Virus record (IMG/VR): IMGVR_UViG_3300013131_000041
Coordinates: 5,680-69,679 of that record
Source: a virus
Reading direction: 5' to 3' (one strand)
DNA: 64,000 bases
Part shown: piece by piece, positions 47,992 through 58,190 of the stretch
Layout of the letters: each line of letters opens with the position of its first letter
Numbering within the stretch: position 1 is the stretch's first letter
The notes under the pieces: generated by a model
What the model saw: only the letters and a program-made list of their open reading frames with translations
What the model was told of the DNA's origin: nothing
Database searches by the model: none
Position numbers and translations under genes: made by a program

Positions 47992-48868
47992 TATAGCAGA
48001 TTTAGACGTAATATATTTGAGCTATGATGAGCCCAAAAAGGAAGAGTTTTGGATTAAAATTCAGAACATGGTGCCATGGGCTCGTCGTGTAGATGGAGTA
48101 AAAGGAAGTGATGCCGCACACAAAGCAGCCGCAGACGCAAGTGAAACAGATAGGTTTGTACTCATCGACGGCGATAATATCCCGGATAGTGAATTTTTTA
48201 ACCTTCAACTCAATCTCGATGATAGCAACCGTACTAAAGTTTTTCGTTGGCGAGCGAGGAATACGATTAACGGACTCCAATACGGAAACGGGGGACTTAG
48301 CTGTTGGACAAAAGACTTCGTCTACAACATGCGCACTCACGAAGCCTCAGACGGTGACGCAAAAAACGATGTAGAGTTTTGTTTCTACGCAGACTATTGG
48401 CCAATGGCAGACTGTTATAGTACAACATATCCTAACCAAAGCCCATTCCAAGCCTGGCGTGCAGGATTTCGTGAAGGTGTTAAGATGTGTTTAGATCGCG
48501 GAGCGAAGCCCAGTCTAGAAGAATTTGAAAAGCGTGTACATAGTCGCAACTATGACAACCTGTGTATTTGGCAAACAGTTGGAGCAGATGTTGAAAACGG
48601 ATTCTGGGCAATATATGGCGCAAGACTTGGAACATATATGACTATGCTACGTGACTGGGATTATAAATTAGTACAAGACTTTGACCATCTGGCATTTTTA
48701 TGGGAATCATTTAGTAAAGATGACCCAACAGCCTGCACTAATGTAGGCGATACCTTACGCACGCGGTTAGGGTTGCCTATTGTAGATATGGATCCAGATG
48801 AAAGTAAGTTTTTTAAGCACCACTATAAGAGTAATTTCCGCAATAAAGGAATAATGGAACGTGAGTAA
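47975..48868 (+). CDS. Glycosyltransferase-like protein (GT-A/GT2-like)
   Basis: DVIYLSYDEP, RVDGVKGSDAAHKAAA, FVLIDGDN (DxD), YGNGG and AWRAGFREGVK. Confidence 0.65.
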   Translation: MKQIIDIADLDVIYLSYDEPKKEEFWIKIQNMVPWARRVDGVKGSDAAHKAAADASETDRFVLIDGDNIPDSEFFNLQLNLDDSNRTKVFRWRARNTINGLQYGNGGLSCWTKDFVYNMRTHEASDGDAKNDVEFCFYADYWPMADCYSTTYPNQSPFQAWRAGFREGVKMCLDRGAKPSLEEFEKRVHSRNYDNLCIWQTVGADVENGFWAIYGARLGTYMTMLRDWDYKLVQDFDHLAFLWESFSKDDPTACTNVGDTLRTRLGLPIVDMDPDESKFFKHHYKSNFRNKGIMERE

Positions 48869-50267
48869 ATCAAAATTTATGTCAGCTGCAGAAGAAATGC
48901 AGGACAAGTTAGGTCCTAGTCTCTGTTTAGCCAAATGGCAACAGGTAAGCCTACACTTACCAACCGGACTTAATAACAGTTGCTACCATCCGCCATTGCA
49001 TGAAATGGATGCGCAGGTAGTTGAGTTTCACCCCAGTGCTATTCATAATACACAGTATAAGAAAGAGCAACGTAAAAAAATGCTTGAGGGCGAACGTCCT
49101 AAGGAATGTAACTACTGCTGGACTATGGAAGATGCAGGACACCTGAGTGATCGTCACTACCGTAGTGGCGAGCCATGGGCGGCAGAACACTATGATGCTA
49201 TTAAGAATATGCCGTGGGACGCAGATGTTACTCCTAGTTATGTAGAAGTAAACTTTAGTCACGGGTGTAACTTGGCATGTTCATATTGCAGTCCGCAGTT
49301 TAGTACAGAATGGCAGAAAGACATTGACCGCTGGGGTGCTTATCCAACTAAACAACCACATAACGACCCTATGCACTTTAAGGGTCGCAGACAACCTATC
49401 CCTGTACGTGAAAACAATCCCTATGTTGAAGCATTTTGGGCATGGTGGCCAGAGCTATATCCACAACTAAAACACTTCCGTATGACTGGGGGTGAGCCAT
49501 TGATGGATAAGAACACACATCGTGTGTTTGATTATATCCTTGCGGCACCTAAAGCAGACCTGCACGTTGACGTTACAAGTAACTTTAGTGTAGAGCCACA
49601 ACTGTTCAACAAGTACCTAGACAAAGTTAAAGACTTATGTACAGGCACAAAGATTGAACACTTTATGCAATATGTGAGTATAGACACAGGTATCCCGGAA
49701 CATGCAGAATACATTCGTCGCGGATTAAATTATAATCGTCTTAACGAATATGTTAATCGCTTTTTAACAGAAATCCCAGGCCGGAACAGTTTAACGTTTA
49801 TCATTACAATGAATAACCTCAGTATCTTAGGTCTGAAGAGATTATTAGAGCAGATTTTAATCTTGCGCAGACTCCACAGCACTACATATCAACGTGTGTG
49901 GTTTGATACTCCTGTATTGAGAACCCCACATTGGCAAAGTTTGCAAATCTTACCAGAAGCGTATGTAGGTATCCTAGAAGATGCTGTTAAGTGGATGGAG
50001 CAACATAAGATCGAAGAAGGTAGTAATCGCTTTGATGGCTTTAAAGACTATGAAATTCAACGTATGAAGCGCGATATTGACTGGATGAAGAAAGGCAAGA
50101 AACTAAGCGAAAAATATATTAACGATACACGTGCTGACTTTTATCGTTTCTTTAATGAGTACGATAAACGTCGTGGAGCATATGACGAATATGCTAAACC
50201 GTTTGAACTTGTATTCCCGCAAATGAAAGAATTCTGGAACGAATGTAAGTACCATGCCGAAAATTGA
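48861..50267 (+). CDS. Radical SAM protein with N-terminal twitch-like domain
   Basis: N-terminal CLAKW...SCYH...CNYCW; core CNLACSYC; TGGEPL. Confidence 0.88.
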   Translation: MSKSKFMSAAEEMQDKLGPSLCLAKWQQVSLHLPTGLNNSCYHPPLHEMDAQVVEFHPSAIHNTQYKKEQRKKMLEGERPKECNYCWTMEDAGHLSDRHYRSGEPWAAEHYDAIKNMPWDADVTPSYVEVNFSHGCNLACSYCSPQFSTEWQKDIDRWGAYPTKQPHNDPMHFKGRRQPIPVRENNPYVEAFWAWWPELYPQLKHFRMTGGEPLMDKNTHRVFDYILAAPKADLHVDVTSNFSVEPQLFNKYLDKVKDLCTGTKIEHFMQYVSIDTGIPEHAEYIRRGLNYNRLNEYVNRFLTEIPGRNSLTFIITMNNLSILGLKRLLEQILILRRLHSTTYQRVWFDTPVLRTPHWQSLQILPEAYVGILEDAVKWMEQHKIEEGSNRFDGFKDYEIQRMKRDIDWMKKGKKLSEKYINDTRADFYRFFNEYDKRRGAYDEYAKPFELVFPQMKEFWNECKYHAEN

Positions 50268-51426
50268 TTTATACACAGTACGAGATCAGGACAATTTTGT
50301 ATTTGATAATTTTTTAGATAACATTAATTTAATTGAAGTTGCTGATCTTAATCAGTTATGGAACCAGGATCATCACTATGTGGTACTTAATAGAAATAAG
50401 ATCCTCAGCCCCCACAACACAGTGATCAACGGAATTGATAACAACATCAGAGAGTTCTTATCAGCAAACTCCAAGAACAAAGTAATCATAAATGATTATC
50501 ATGAAGTAAGTAAAGGCCATTACGATTTTTTAAAGAAATACGATTTACTTAAATTTGCAGATAATCGTCAATTATTAATTATTGCTACAGATATGCCCAA
50601 TGATGGATTTTGTGGCATAGATATGCACTTACCTATAATTGTATCTCCTCAAAATATTGCAATCTCTCTACAAAATTTTGAAAAAATATACGAGAAAACA
50701 AATAAACCCTATACATTTTCGTGCTACAATGGTAGAGCATCATCGCATCGTGTTGTGTTAATCGAAATGTTAAGCCAATCTGGTGCGCTTGATAATGCGT
50801 TGTGGTCTTTAAACTCTACAAATTTTGATACAGCATACATACGTGAAATGTATGGGATAAGCCCATCGCTAGACCATGTACGCTTACATAGTGTTCCTGA
50901 TGAATATGAACATTATAAAAATATAGTGCAGAACAATATTTGGGGGACTGACATCCATGATATTAAAAAGGTGTGGGGCGCTGACGATCACTTAGTTAAA
51001 CCAATGGTACCAAATTTGTACATTGATACCTATTTCACAGTGATTACAGAAACTAATTATGAAATTGGTGTGCAACCATTGACTGAAAAGATATGGCGAC
51101 CTATTCTAATGGGCCACCCATTTATATCTGTAACTACTCCATACTATTATAAGACACTTAAGAAAAATGGTTTTAAAACATTTGGCTCGTTAATTGACGA
51201 ATCGTTTGATGAAATTGAGAATCCTGCTGATAGACTAAAGAGAACGGCTGAAACTATAATATCATTATCAAGAATGTCATTGGATGGGCTAAACTCATTT
51301 TTAAAGGAAGCGCGAGCAATTTGTGAGCATAATCGAGAAGAGTGCCTGTCGAGGTATGGTCGACAACTATTAACTAATCATACTAACATGCGCAATTTTC
51401 TAATAAAAAATTTCAACTATGCCTAA
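50254..51426 (+). CDS. Glycosyltransferase-like protein (GT-B type, TEK motif)
   Basis: FSCYNGR...HR, YFTVITET, LTEKIWRPI.MGHPF and GFKTF..LIDESFD resemble the nucleotide-sugar-binding half of GT10-like enzymes. Confidence 0.55.
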   Translation: MPKIDLYTVRDQDNFVFDNFLDNINLIEVADLNQLWNQDHHYVVLNRNKILSPHNTVINGIDNNIREFLSANSKNKVIINDYHEVSKGHYDFLKKYDLLKFADNRQLLIIATDMPNDGFCGIDMHLPIIVSPQNIAISLQNFEKIYEKTNKPYTFSCYNGRASSHRVVLIEMLSQSGALDNALWSLNSTNFDTAYIREMYGISPSLDHVRLHSVPDEYEHYKNIVQNNIWGTDIHDIKKVWGADDHLVKPMVPNLYIDTYFTVITETNYEIGVQPLTEKIWRPILMGHPFISVTTPYYYKTLKKNGFKTFGSLIDESFDEIENPADRLKRTAETIISLSRMSLDGLNSFLKEARAICEHNREECLSRYGRQLLTNHTNMRNFLIKNFNYA

Positions 51427-52774
51427 ACAATCCAACGAAACATTAATAGAATATAAAGAGCGTGTCATTGACACTAAGAGTGCTAGCTTCTGTGGAGCCA
51501 AATGGTACAATGCTACTATCTGGTTAGGATCAGGGCAGACTACCAGTTGCCATCACCCCTTGCCGCATGCTATCAATGAACAAACAATTATGTTCAACCC
51601 TAAAGCAATTCACAACACTGAAGAAAAGAAAGACCAGCGTCGTCAAATGCAAGCAGGTGAGCGACCAAGCGGGTGTGAGTACTGCTGGAAGTTAGAAGAT
51701 GCCAAGGCCAGTAGTGATAGAATTTATAAAACAATTATTTACAGTGATGAGGACTTAAATGCAGCATTTAATACACCGCCTGAAGCAGACGTTAATCTAC
51801 AAACTTTGGAGATCGCATTTGACCGAACTTGTCAGTTTGCTTGTAGCTATTGTAACCCTGCTTTTAGCACTGCCTGGGTACGAGATATTAAGCGCAATGG
51901 AGCCTATGAACATCTCGTATCTGACGGACGCAATCACTTTACTCACCCTCATGATAGCAGTCAACTTTTTACACCTGATCAGGTTAACCCTTACGCTGAG
52001 GCGTTCTTTGCGTGGTGGGAATCAGACTTACACAAAACCTTAAAGGAACTGCGTATCACAGGTGGTGAACCTCTGATGAGTCCATACCTGTGGCGATTGA
52101 TTGATTGGTTTAAAGCAAACAAAGGCAAGAGTAAGACACGTCTTGCTATTAACAGTAACTTAGGATTTGAACGTGAAAAACTTGAAAGACTTTTGGATGC
52201 GTGTGAAGGCATCGAACTTGATATCTATACCAGCAATGAATCTTGGGGCCGCCATGCCATGTATATACGCGATGGTTTGGATTGGAGCCAGTGGGTTAAT
52301 AATGTACGTTATTTACTGGATAGTAAGAAACTGCGAGGCCTCCATGTTATGTGCACCATCAATGCCCTTTGTTTATTTTCACTAACAGAATTATTATGGG
52401 AAATTGTTGAGCTTAAAAAGAAATATGGCAAAGATAGTATTAACTTTACTCTAAACATCTTACGATTCCCAAGTTTCCAAAGCCCACTAATCTTGCCCTT
52501 AGAGTTCAGAGAAGAAGCGTGCCGCAAACTAAATCACTTGTTTAACGCCTCACTAAAAATAGGTAATCTGGATTATCTACATGAATTTGAACGTGAACAC
52601 ATTGTTAGATTGATGACTTACTTAAGAGACGTGGATAGTCCGCACAGTGGGGCACTAAGTAAAGAAATCTTACAGCGTGACTTTAAGAACTTCTACCAAC
52701 AATACGACCAGCGCAGAGGAAAAGACTTTAAATATACTTTTCCAGAACTAAAAGAGTGGTACGATAATTTATGA
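51419..52774 (+). CDS. Radical SAM protein with N-terminal twitch-like domain
   Basis: CGAKW...SCHH...CEYCW; CQFACSYC; TGGEPL. Confidence 0.88.
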   Translation: MPKQSNETLIEYKERVIDTKSASFCGAKWYNATIWLGSGQTTSCHHPLPHAINEQTIMFNPKAIHNTEEKKDQRRQMQAGERPSGCEYCWKLEDAKASSDRIYKTIIYSDEDLNAAFNTPPEADVNLQTLEIAFDRTCQFACSYCNPAFSTAWVRDIKRNGAYEHLVSDGRNHFTHPHDSSQLFTPDQVNPYAEAFFAWWESDLHKTLKELRITGGEPLMSPYLWRLIDWFKANKGKSKTRLAINSNLGFEREKLERLLDACEGIELDIYTSNESWGRHAMYIRDGLDWSQWVNNVRYLLDSKKLRGLHVMCTINALCLFSLTELLWEIVELKKKYGKDSINFTLNILRFPSFQSPLILPLEFREEACRKLNHLFNASLKIGNLDYLHEFEREHIVRLMTYLRDVDSPHSGALSKEILQRDFKNFYQQYDQRRGKDFKYTFPELKEWYDNL

Positions 52775-53427
52775 TTCTAGCATTTGGTTGTTCGGTTACA
52801 CACGGAGCAGATTTAGTACATCCGGGTCAGCACAGTGATAATATAGAATTTAGCTATCCTAATCTTATTGCTGATGCCCTTGGCGAGACATGCCTAAATC
52901 TTGCTGAATGTGGGATTAGCAACGAAGGTATATATCACAAAGCATTAGATGTATTAAACAGTAAGGGGCCTGAAGTTACCAGGGTGATCATTGGCTGGAC
53001 CAGTGATGTTAGAGAATATTGGCGAGCCGACGGTAGAGATTGGTATTTTATCCCTAGCTGGTGCGCCACTAACAAGGTTGGTGCAGAATTAAGGTATTTC
53101 AAAGACTATACCGACAGTGATATTGACTCGCATCCTCGACTATGTAGTGATGATGAAGCATATTTAGAACCATTGGCTAACATGTACAATTATCTAATGC
53201 GTTATAAATTTGATCCAGAAGAATACAAGTACAAGAAGTATAATTATATTTCGAGTATTAGAGACTATTGTACATTGTACAACGTCAAGTTGATTGAAAC
53301 TTGTTGTCTGAGTCCAGTATTTGGTATTACAAACCTAGACAACTTTGGCACTTGGCGTCAAGGTCTAGGACACCCAACTCGTCAAGATCACAAACAAATA
53401 GCACAGCAGATATTATTAACTTTATGA
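52771..53427 (+). CDS. SGNH/GDSL-like protein
   Basis: LAFGCSVTHG, NLAECGISN, IIGWT and C-terminal GHPTRQDH. Confidence 0.6.
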   Translation: MILAFGCSVTHGADLVHPGQHSDNIEFSYPNLIADALGETCLNLAECGISNEGIYHKALDVLNSKGPEVTRVIIGWTSDVREYWRADGRDWYFIPSWCATNKVGAELRYFKDYTDSDIDSHPRLCSDDEAYLEPLANMYNYLMRYKFDPEEYKYKKYNYISSIRDYCTLYNVKLIETCCLSPVFGITNLDNFGTWRQGLGHPTRQDHKQIAQQILLTL

Positions 53428-54740
53428 GTGATAAACAACAAGACGAATACTATAAGAATCATCACTATCACACACGTAAGCCTGTGTACATAAGTGAAGA
53501 TAAACTACGTCCTGATCAATTAGATAGATTAGTTAACAGTGACTATTTCTGTATGATTCCCTGGATCCATCTTCATGCCTTTCCCGACGGTCGTGCTTAT
53601 CCTTGTTGTTTGGGCGACGACCGGCATCCTGTGGGTAGCTTTAAACAAGACAGTATGGAGACTGTTTGGAATCAAGAAGCATACCGAACAATGCGTACTA
53701 ACATGTTAACAGAAAAGCCCTGCAAAGAGTGTACTAAATGTTACGAGCAAGAAGCCGCAGGCTTTATGAGTATGCGTAACAGTACAAATAAAAACTTTGG
53801 GCAACACATTAACATTGTTGATCAGACATTGGCTGATGGTACTATGCCAGAGTTTAAATTGCGCTACTATGATATTCGCTTTAGTAACTTGTGTAACTTT
53901 ACCTGCCGTACATGTGGCGGATGGTTCTCTAGTAGCTGGTATACTGAAGAGGAAGAGATTTATGGCAAGCGTAACTATCCCAGAGTTATGTTTGCAGGCC
54001 GAACAGAGTTAGATATGTGGGAACAACTAGAACCACATATTCCTTATCTGGAGCAAGTATACTTTGCTGGCGGCGAACCTATGATGATGGAAGAACACTA
54101 TCGCATATTAAAAGAATTAGTCAAACGTGAAATGTTTGATGTTAAGTTAATTTACAATACAAACTTCAGTCGCTTGAACTTAAAAGACGACAACGTTCTA
54201 GACTATTGGAAACTATTTAAGAATGTAAGTGTTGGTGCTAGCCTAGATGGTATGGGTGCTGTGGGCGAATATATACGCAAAGGCACTAAGTGGGATCAGA
54301 TTGTTCGCAATCGTGAACAAATGTTAGCAGTAACACCCGACACTGACTTTTATGTTAGTTCAACCGTTAGCTTATACAATGCTCTTCATGTACACCACTT
54401 TCATCGTTATTGGTCGGACCAAGGACTAGTGAAACCACAGGATTGGAATATTAATATCTTACAAGGCCCGGACCGCGATAGGATTGACGTATTACCTAAG
54501 GTGTATAAAGAATTAGTAACAGAGCAGGTTACTGAACACATTAAGTGGTTACAGCCACTAGATCACTTACAACGTGCTACCAGTGGATATGAAGGTATGC
54601 TAAATTTTATGAATAGCACTGACAATAGTCACTTATTAAAAGAGTTTTTCCGTGTAAATGATATACACGATAAGTACCGTAATGAATCATTTGAACAAGT
54701 ATTTCCAGAATTAATAGATTTGAGATCCAATGCTACCTGA
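53424..54740 (+). CDS. Radical SAM protein with N-terminal twitch-like domain
   Basis: CMIPW...PCC...CTKCY; CNFTCRTC; AGGEP; YNTN. Start reassigned to ATG 53424 (ATGA overlap with the upstream stop). Confidence 0.88.
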   Translation: MSDKQQDEYYKNHHYHTRKPVYISEDKLRPDQLDRLVNSDYFCMIPWIHLHAFPDGRAYPCCLGDDRHPVGSFKQDSMETVWNQEAYRTMRTNMLTEKPCKECTKCYEQEAAGFMSMRNSTNKNFGQHINIVDQTLADGTMPEFKLRYYDIRFSNLCNFTCRTCGGWFSSSWYTEEEEIYGKRNYPRVMFAGRTELDMWEQLEPHIPYLEQVYFAGGEPMMMEEHYRILKELVKREMFDVKLIYNTNFSRLNLKDDNVLDYWKLFKNVSVGASLDGMGAVGEYIRKGTKWDQIVRNREQMLAVTPDTDFYVSSTVSLYNALHVHHFHRYWSDQGLVKPQDWNINILQGPDRDRIDVLPKVYKELVTEQVTEHIKWLQPLDHLQRATSGYEGMLNFMNSTDNSHLLKEFFRVNDIHDKYRNESFEQVFPELIDLRSNAT

Positions 54741-55929
54741 AAAAATTTGTATGCTACCTTGGATTAGTATAGAAACTAGTCCTATAGGCACAGCTCGTCC
54801 GTGCTGTCTTGCTGTGGACGAAATTACCAAACCCGGCGGATCTAAATATAACCTTAAAGAAAATACCTTAGAAGAAATATATCACAGCGAGTACATGCAA
54901 AATCTTCGCAAAGAATTTCTTGCAGGCAATAAACCAGAAACATGTCGTCGTTGTTGGGACGAGGAAGCTGCAGGTCGAACAAGTAAACGTATTAACAGCA
55001 AAATTAGATTAAAGGAATATTATGACTCAGTTGATTGGAATAATCTTAACCCTGATCAGTTGTGGTTTATTGATCTTAAGCTCGGCAATATTTGTAATCT
55101 TAAATGTCGTATTTGTGGGTCTTGGAGCAGCAGTAAGTGGGTTAACGAAGAAATAGCCTATGTAAAAGGTTTAACTAATCGAAAAGAACATTTAGCCTAC
55201 AAGTTTTTACAAGATGGCGCCTGGCCCAGAGAGACAGAAGTGTTCTGGGATAACTTACGTACTCTATTACCTAATATCAAATACTTTGAGTTTACAGGCG
55301 GTGAGCCCTTCCTTATCCAACAACACTTCGATCTATTAGAGTACGCTGTTGAACACGATTTTGCTAAGAACATTGAAATACATTACAACACTAACGGCAC
55401 TGTTTTTCCTGAGCAACACAATTTATGGAGTCACTTTAAACATGTTGAAGTAGCATTCTCAATTGACAACACAAATGAAAGATTTGAATACGAACGTTAC
55501 GGGGCAAAATGGGACGAAGTACAGGCCAATTTAGCTAAGTTTAATCAACTACGCAGTAGTAAATTTAGTACACAATTATGCTTAACTGTTAATATTCAGA
55601 ATGTTTATTACCTTCCAGAAATCTGCGATTGGATATCTACGCAAACATTCGATCATGTATACTTTAATATGTTACATGATCCTTGGCACATGTGTATTAG
55701 TCGGATGACTTTGGCTGCTCAGGAGTTAGTAATCATGAGCTTGACTAACCATAAGTTTGATTCTAAGTATCGTGCTGAGATTTTGAGAATTATTAAGTTT
55801 ATACAAAATGGTTTGGGCAGTGATGGGTTAGAATTCTTATCTAAGATGAAACAGGCTGACGAATATCGCAATCAAAGTTTTTTAATTACTCATTACGATA
55901 CAGCAAAGGCGATGGGATATGAAAAATAA
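54730..55929 (+). CDS. Radical SAM protein with N-terminal twitch-like domain
   Basis: CMLPW...PCC...CRRCW; CNLKCRIC; TGGEPF; YNTNGT. Confidence 0.88.
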   Translation: MLPEKICMLPWISIETSPIGTARPCCLAVDEITKPGGSKYNLKENTLEEIYHSEYMQNLRKEFLAGNKPETCRRCWDEEAAGRTSKRINSKIRLKEYYDSVDWNNLNPDQLWFIDLKLGNICNLKCRICGSWSSSKWVNEEIAYVKGLTNRKEHLAYKFLQDGAWPRETEVFWDNLRTLLPNIKYFEFTGGEPFLIQQHFDLLEYAVEHDFAKNIEIHYNTNGTVFPEQHNLWSHFKHVEVAFSIDNTNERFEYERYGAKWDEVQANLAKFNQLRSSKFSTQLCLTVNIQNVYYLPEICDWISTQTFDHVYFNMLHDPWHMCISRMTLAAQELVIMSLTNHKFDSKYRAEILRIIKFIQNGLGSDGLEFLSKMKQADEYRNQSFLITHYDTAKAMGYEK

Positions 55930-57145
55930 CATAGATCAAATATATAAAGAGTTTGGAGAAGACATCTGTTTATTTCCGTTTTTGGCTGCATTTTATACAA
56001 CATTTAACATACCGTATGATCCCGCAGGAAACAAGATAGCCCCTTGTAGTTTGTACGCAAATCACAAAACAGTCAATGACGGGATTATTAATTCTATTAA
56101 CACCGATGAATGGAAAGACCTAAGAAAAAATTTCACCAAAGGTTCTTGCCATACGTGGGAACACTGTAAAAAATGTAGTAATGCTGAAAAAGCATTTGGG
56201 CATAGTTCTCGAGTTTTAAACAATAGTTATTTTGCAGACCATTTACAAGTTGACATTGTCGATGAGGTCAAACATATTATAGACAATGATTATACGGTTG
56301 AAAAAATATATTCGTTAGATTTTTTCCCTAGTAATTATTGTAATTATGAGTGTATCATGTGTAATGCTACTTCATCGTCAAGTCGGTATGTTTTTGACCG
56401 TAAGATTTATTTCTTAACTAATGTAAATTTAAATCCCAACGAAAAAATAGAATTTTTAGACGCAGATAGAGATTTTGAGGAAGTGCTCTCAACTGTTGAG
56501 ATTATTAATTTTGCTGGGGGCGAAACCTTAATGCAACAACAAGTTCACAAGGTCATTGATTTGATGATTGAGAAAGATCTAGCAAAGAATGTAACTATAT
56601 CTTTATTAACTAATGCTAGTAAATTCCCTGAAAGATTACTAGTACAATTACAACAATTTAAAAATGTTTTTTATACTATTAGTATCGACGGGATTGGCGA
56701 CGTAATTGAATATCAGCGCAGAGGAAGCAAGTGGTCTGTAGTTGAAGAAACAGCACTTAAAATTAATCAACAGTTTGGTTCTGTGGTAAATTATGTTGCA
56801 ACCGCAGTAAATGTATTTAGATTTGCAGAGTTTATAGAATGGGCAAGCAAGAATAAGATTGATAAAGTGATTCTAAGTATAGTATTTGATAAAGAATATT
56901 TGTCTGTGTCGGTCATACCCAATGAGTTGAAAGATAAAATAATAGCAAACCTCCAGACTGAGAAAACTAAGCACACTCAATATTATGCTGATCTACTAGA
57001 TCAAATGATTTCAGTGCTTAATGCGAATAAACATACGCCTGAATTACTACCAGAGTTCATTGAACGAATTAAAATAGAAGATACAGCAAGTAAAAAACCA
57101 TTAGTAGAAGTGATTCCTGAATGGGCACCTTATCTAAATGCTTAA
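55919..57145 (+). CDS. Radical SAM protein with N-terminal twitch-like domain (divergent, AT-rich)
   Basis: CLFPF...PCS...CKKCS; CNYECIMC; AGGET; LTNAS. Confidence 0.85.
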   Translation: MKNNIDQIYKEFGEDICLFPFLAAFYTTFNIPYDPAGNKIAPCSLYANHKTVNDGIINSINTDEWKDLRKNFTKGSCHTWEHCKKCSNAEKAFGHSSRVLNNSYFADHLQVDIVDEVKHIIDNDYTVEKIYSLDFFPSNYCNYECIMCNATSSSSRYVFDRKIYFLTNVNLNPNEKIEFLDADRDFEEVLSTVEIINFAGGETLMQQQVHKVIDLMIEKDLAKNVTISLLTNASKFPERLLVQLQQFKNVFYTISIDGIGDVIEYQRRGSKWSVVEETALKINQQFGSVVNYVATAVNVFRFAEFIEWASKNKIDKVILSIVFDKEYLSVSVIPNELKDKIIANLQTEKTKHTQYYADLLDQMISVLNANKHTPELLPEFIERIKIEDTASKKPLVEVIPEWAPYLNA

Positions 57146-58190
57146 TCTGGTTAGAATAGGCCCTACAGATTTTAGTAGCGACTACTTAGAGTGGATATTT
57201 GCAAAATACTTTACATTGTCCAATTTTGATCCCAATAAGAGCTACAACCAAGATTATTTGTTTGTGTTTAGTAGACCAAATAACTATGCCGAACATATTC
57301 TTTCTAAATTATTGAAGAATGGCCATAGAGTAATTGTTGCTAACCCATGGGAAGCTCGCCCTTATCTTTTGTCAATCGACTACGCAGAATATCAAGATCA
57401 AATACTAGTTATTTTAGGATGTAAAAATCCGTTTGACTACGGATGGAAAAACGTAGTTAGTGTACCTCGCTGGTTTTGGTTTAATGAACATTTGTGGTAT
57501 ACTTGTGATCACTCGATTAAAGAATCAATAGAAAGATATGTACCTAATAGGAGCAACAGTAAACTATTCTTAATGCCCATGCAACGCAGTAAAAAATTTA
57601 GAGATGCTATAGTTGACCGATTAGAATCTAATTTAGATCAGGCTGTGTGGAGTTATGTAGAACGATGGGGAGGAACAATAAGTTTGCCTCGCTACACAAC
57701 TAGTCCGTTTGAAACTATTCGTCCTGACAGGGTATTTGAACCAGAATGGTATAATCAAACATATTTCAGTGTAGTAGTAGAAACCGCAGTCAATCGATTG
57801 CAAGACATAACAAAAGAAACTTCCGGGCTACGCAGCGAAGATTATCCATGTGATGTGTTTGTAACAGAAAAAACATTTAAACCAATTGCATTTCAACATC
57901 CATTTATGGTAATAGGAATGCCAGGAACGTTGGAGTTTTTACGAAGCAATAGATTTGAAACATACGAAAATATATTTGACGAGTCGTATGACAATATGTT
58001 ATTATTTGAGGATAGACTAGAAAAAGTCTCAATGAATATTAAAAATTTTAGCACTAGTAAGTATTCAGATTCTGTAACAGCACAGAAAATTGAGCATAAC
58101 TATTTTAGATTCAATAACAGGGGTCTGGTACTGGAATATTTTAAACAGGATATTATTGATCCAATATATGAATTTGCCGCAAAAGCCTAG
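57138..58190 (+). CDS. Glycosyltransferase-like protein (GT-B type, TEK motif)
   Basis: YFSVVVET, FVTEKTFKPIAFQHPF and FETY.NIFDESYD. Paralog of 50254..51426. Confidence 0.55.
   Translation: MLNLVRIGPTDFSSDYLEWIFAKYFTLSNFDPNKSYNQDYLFVFSRPNNYAEHILSKLLKNGHRVIVANPWEARPYLLSIDYAEYQDQILVILGCKNPFDYGWKNVVSVPRWFWFNEHLWYTCDHSIKESIERYVPNRSNSKLFLMPMQRSKKFRDAIVDRLESNLDQAVWSYVERWGGTISLPRYTTSPFETIRPDRVFEPEWYNQTYFSVVVETAVNRLQDITKETSGLRSEDYPCDVFVTEKTFKPIAFQHPFMVIGMPGTLEFLRSNRFETYENIFDESYDNMLLFEDRLEKVSMNIKNFSTSKYSDSVTAQKIEHNYFRFNNRGLVLEYFKQDIIDPIYEFAAKA

Noticed and set aside
53301-53423. Long TTG-started N-terminal extensions of radical SAM ORFs (53301, and likewise 58090)
   Set aside because: They overlap upstream genes by 100 nt or more. 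Downstream ATGs at 53424 and 58168 give the short overlaps typical of this operon.
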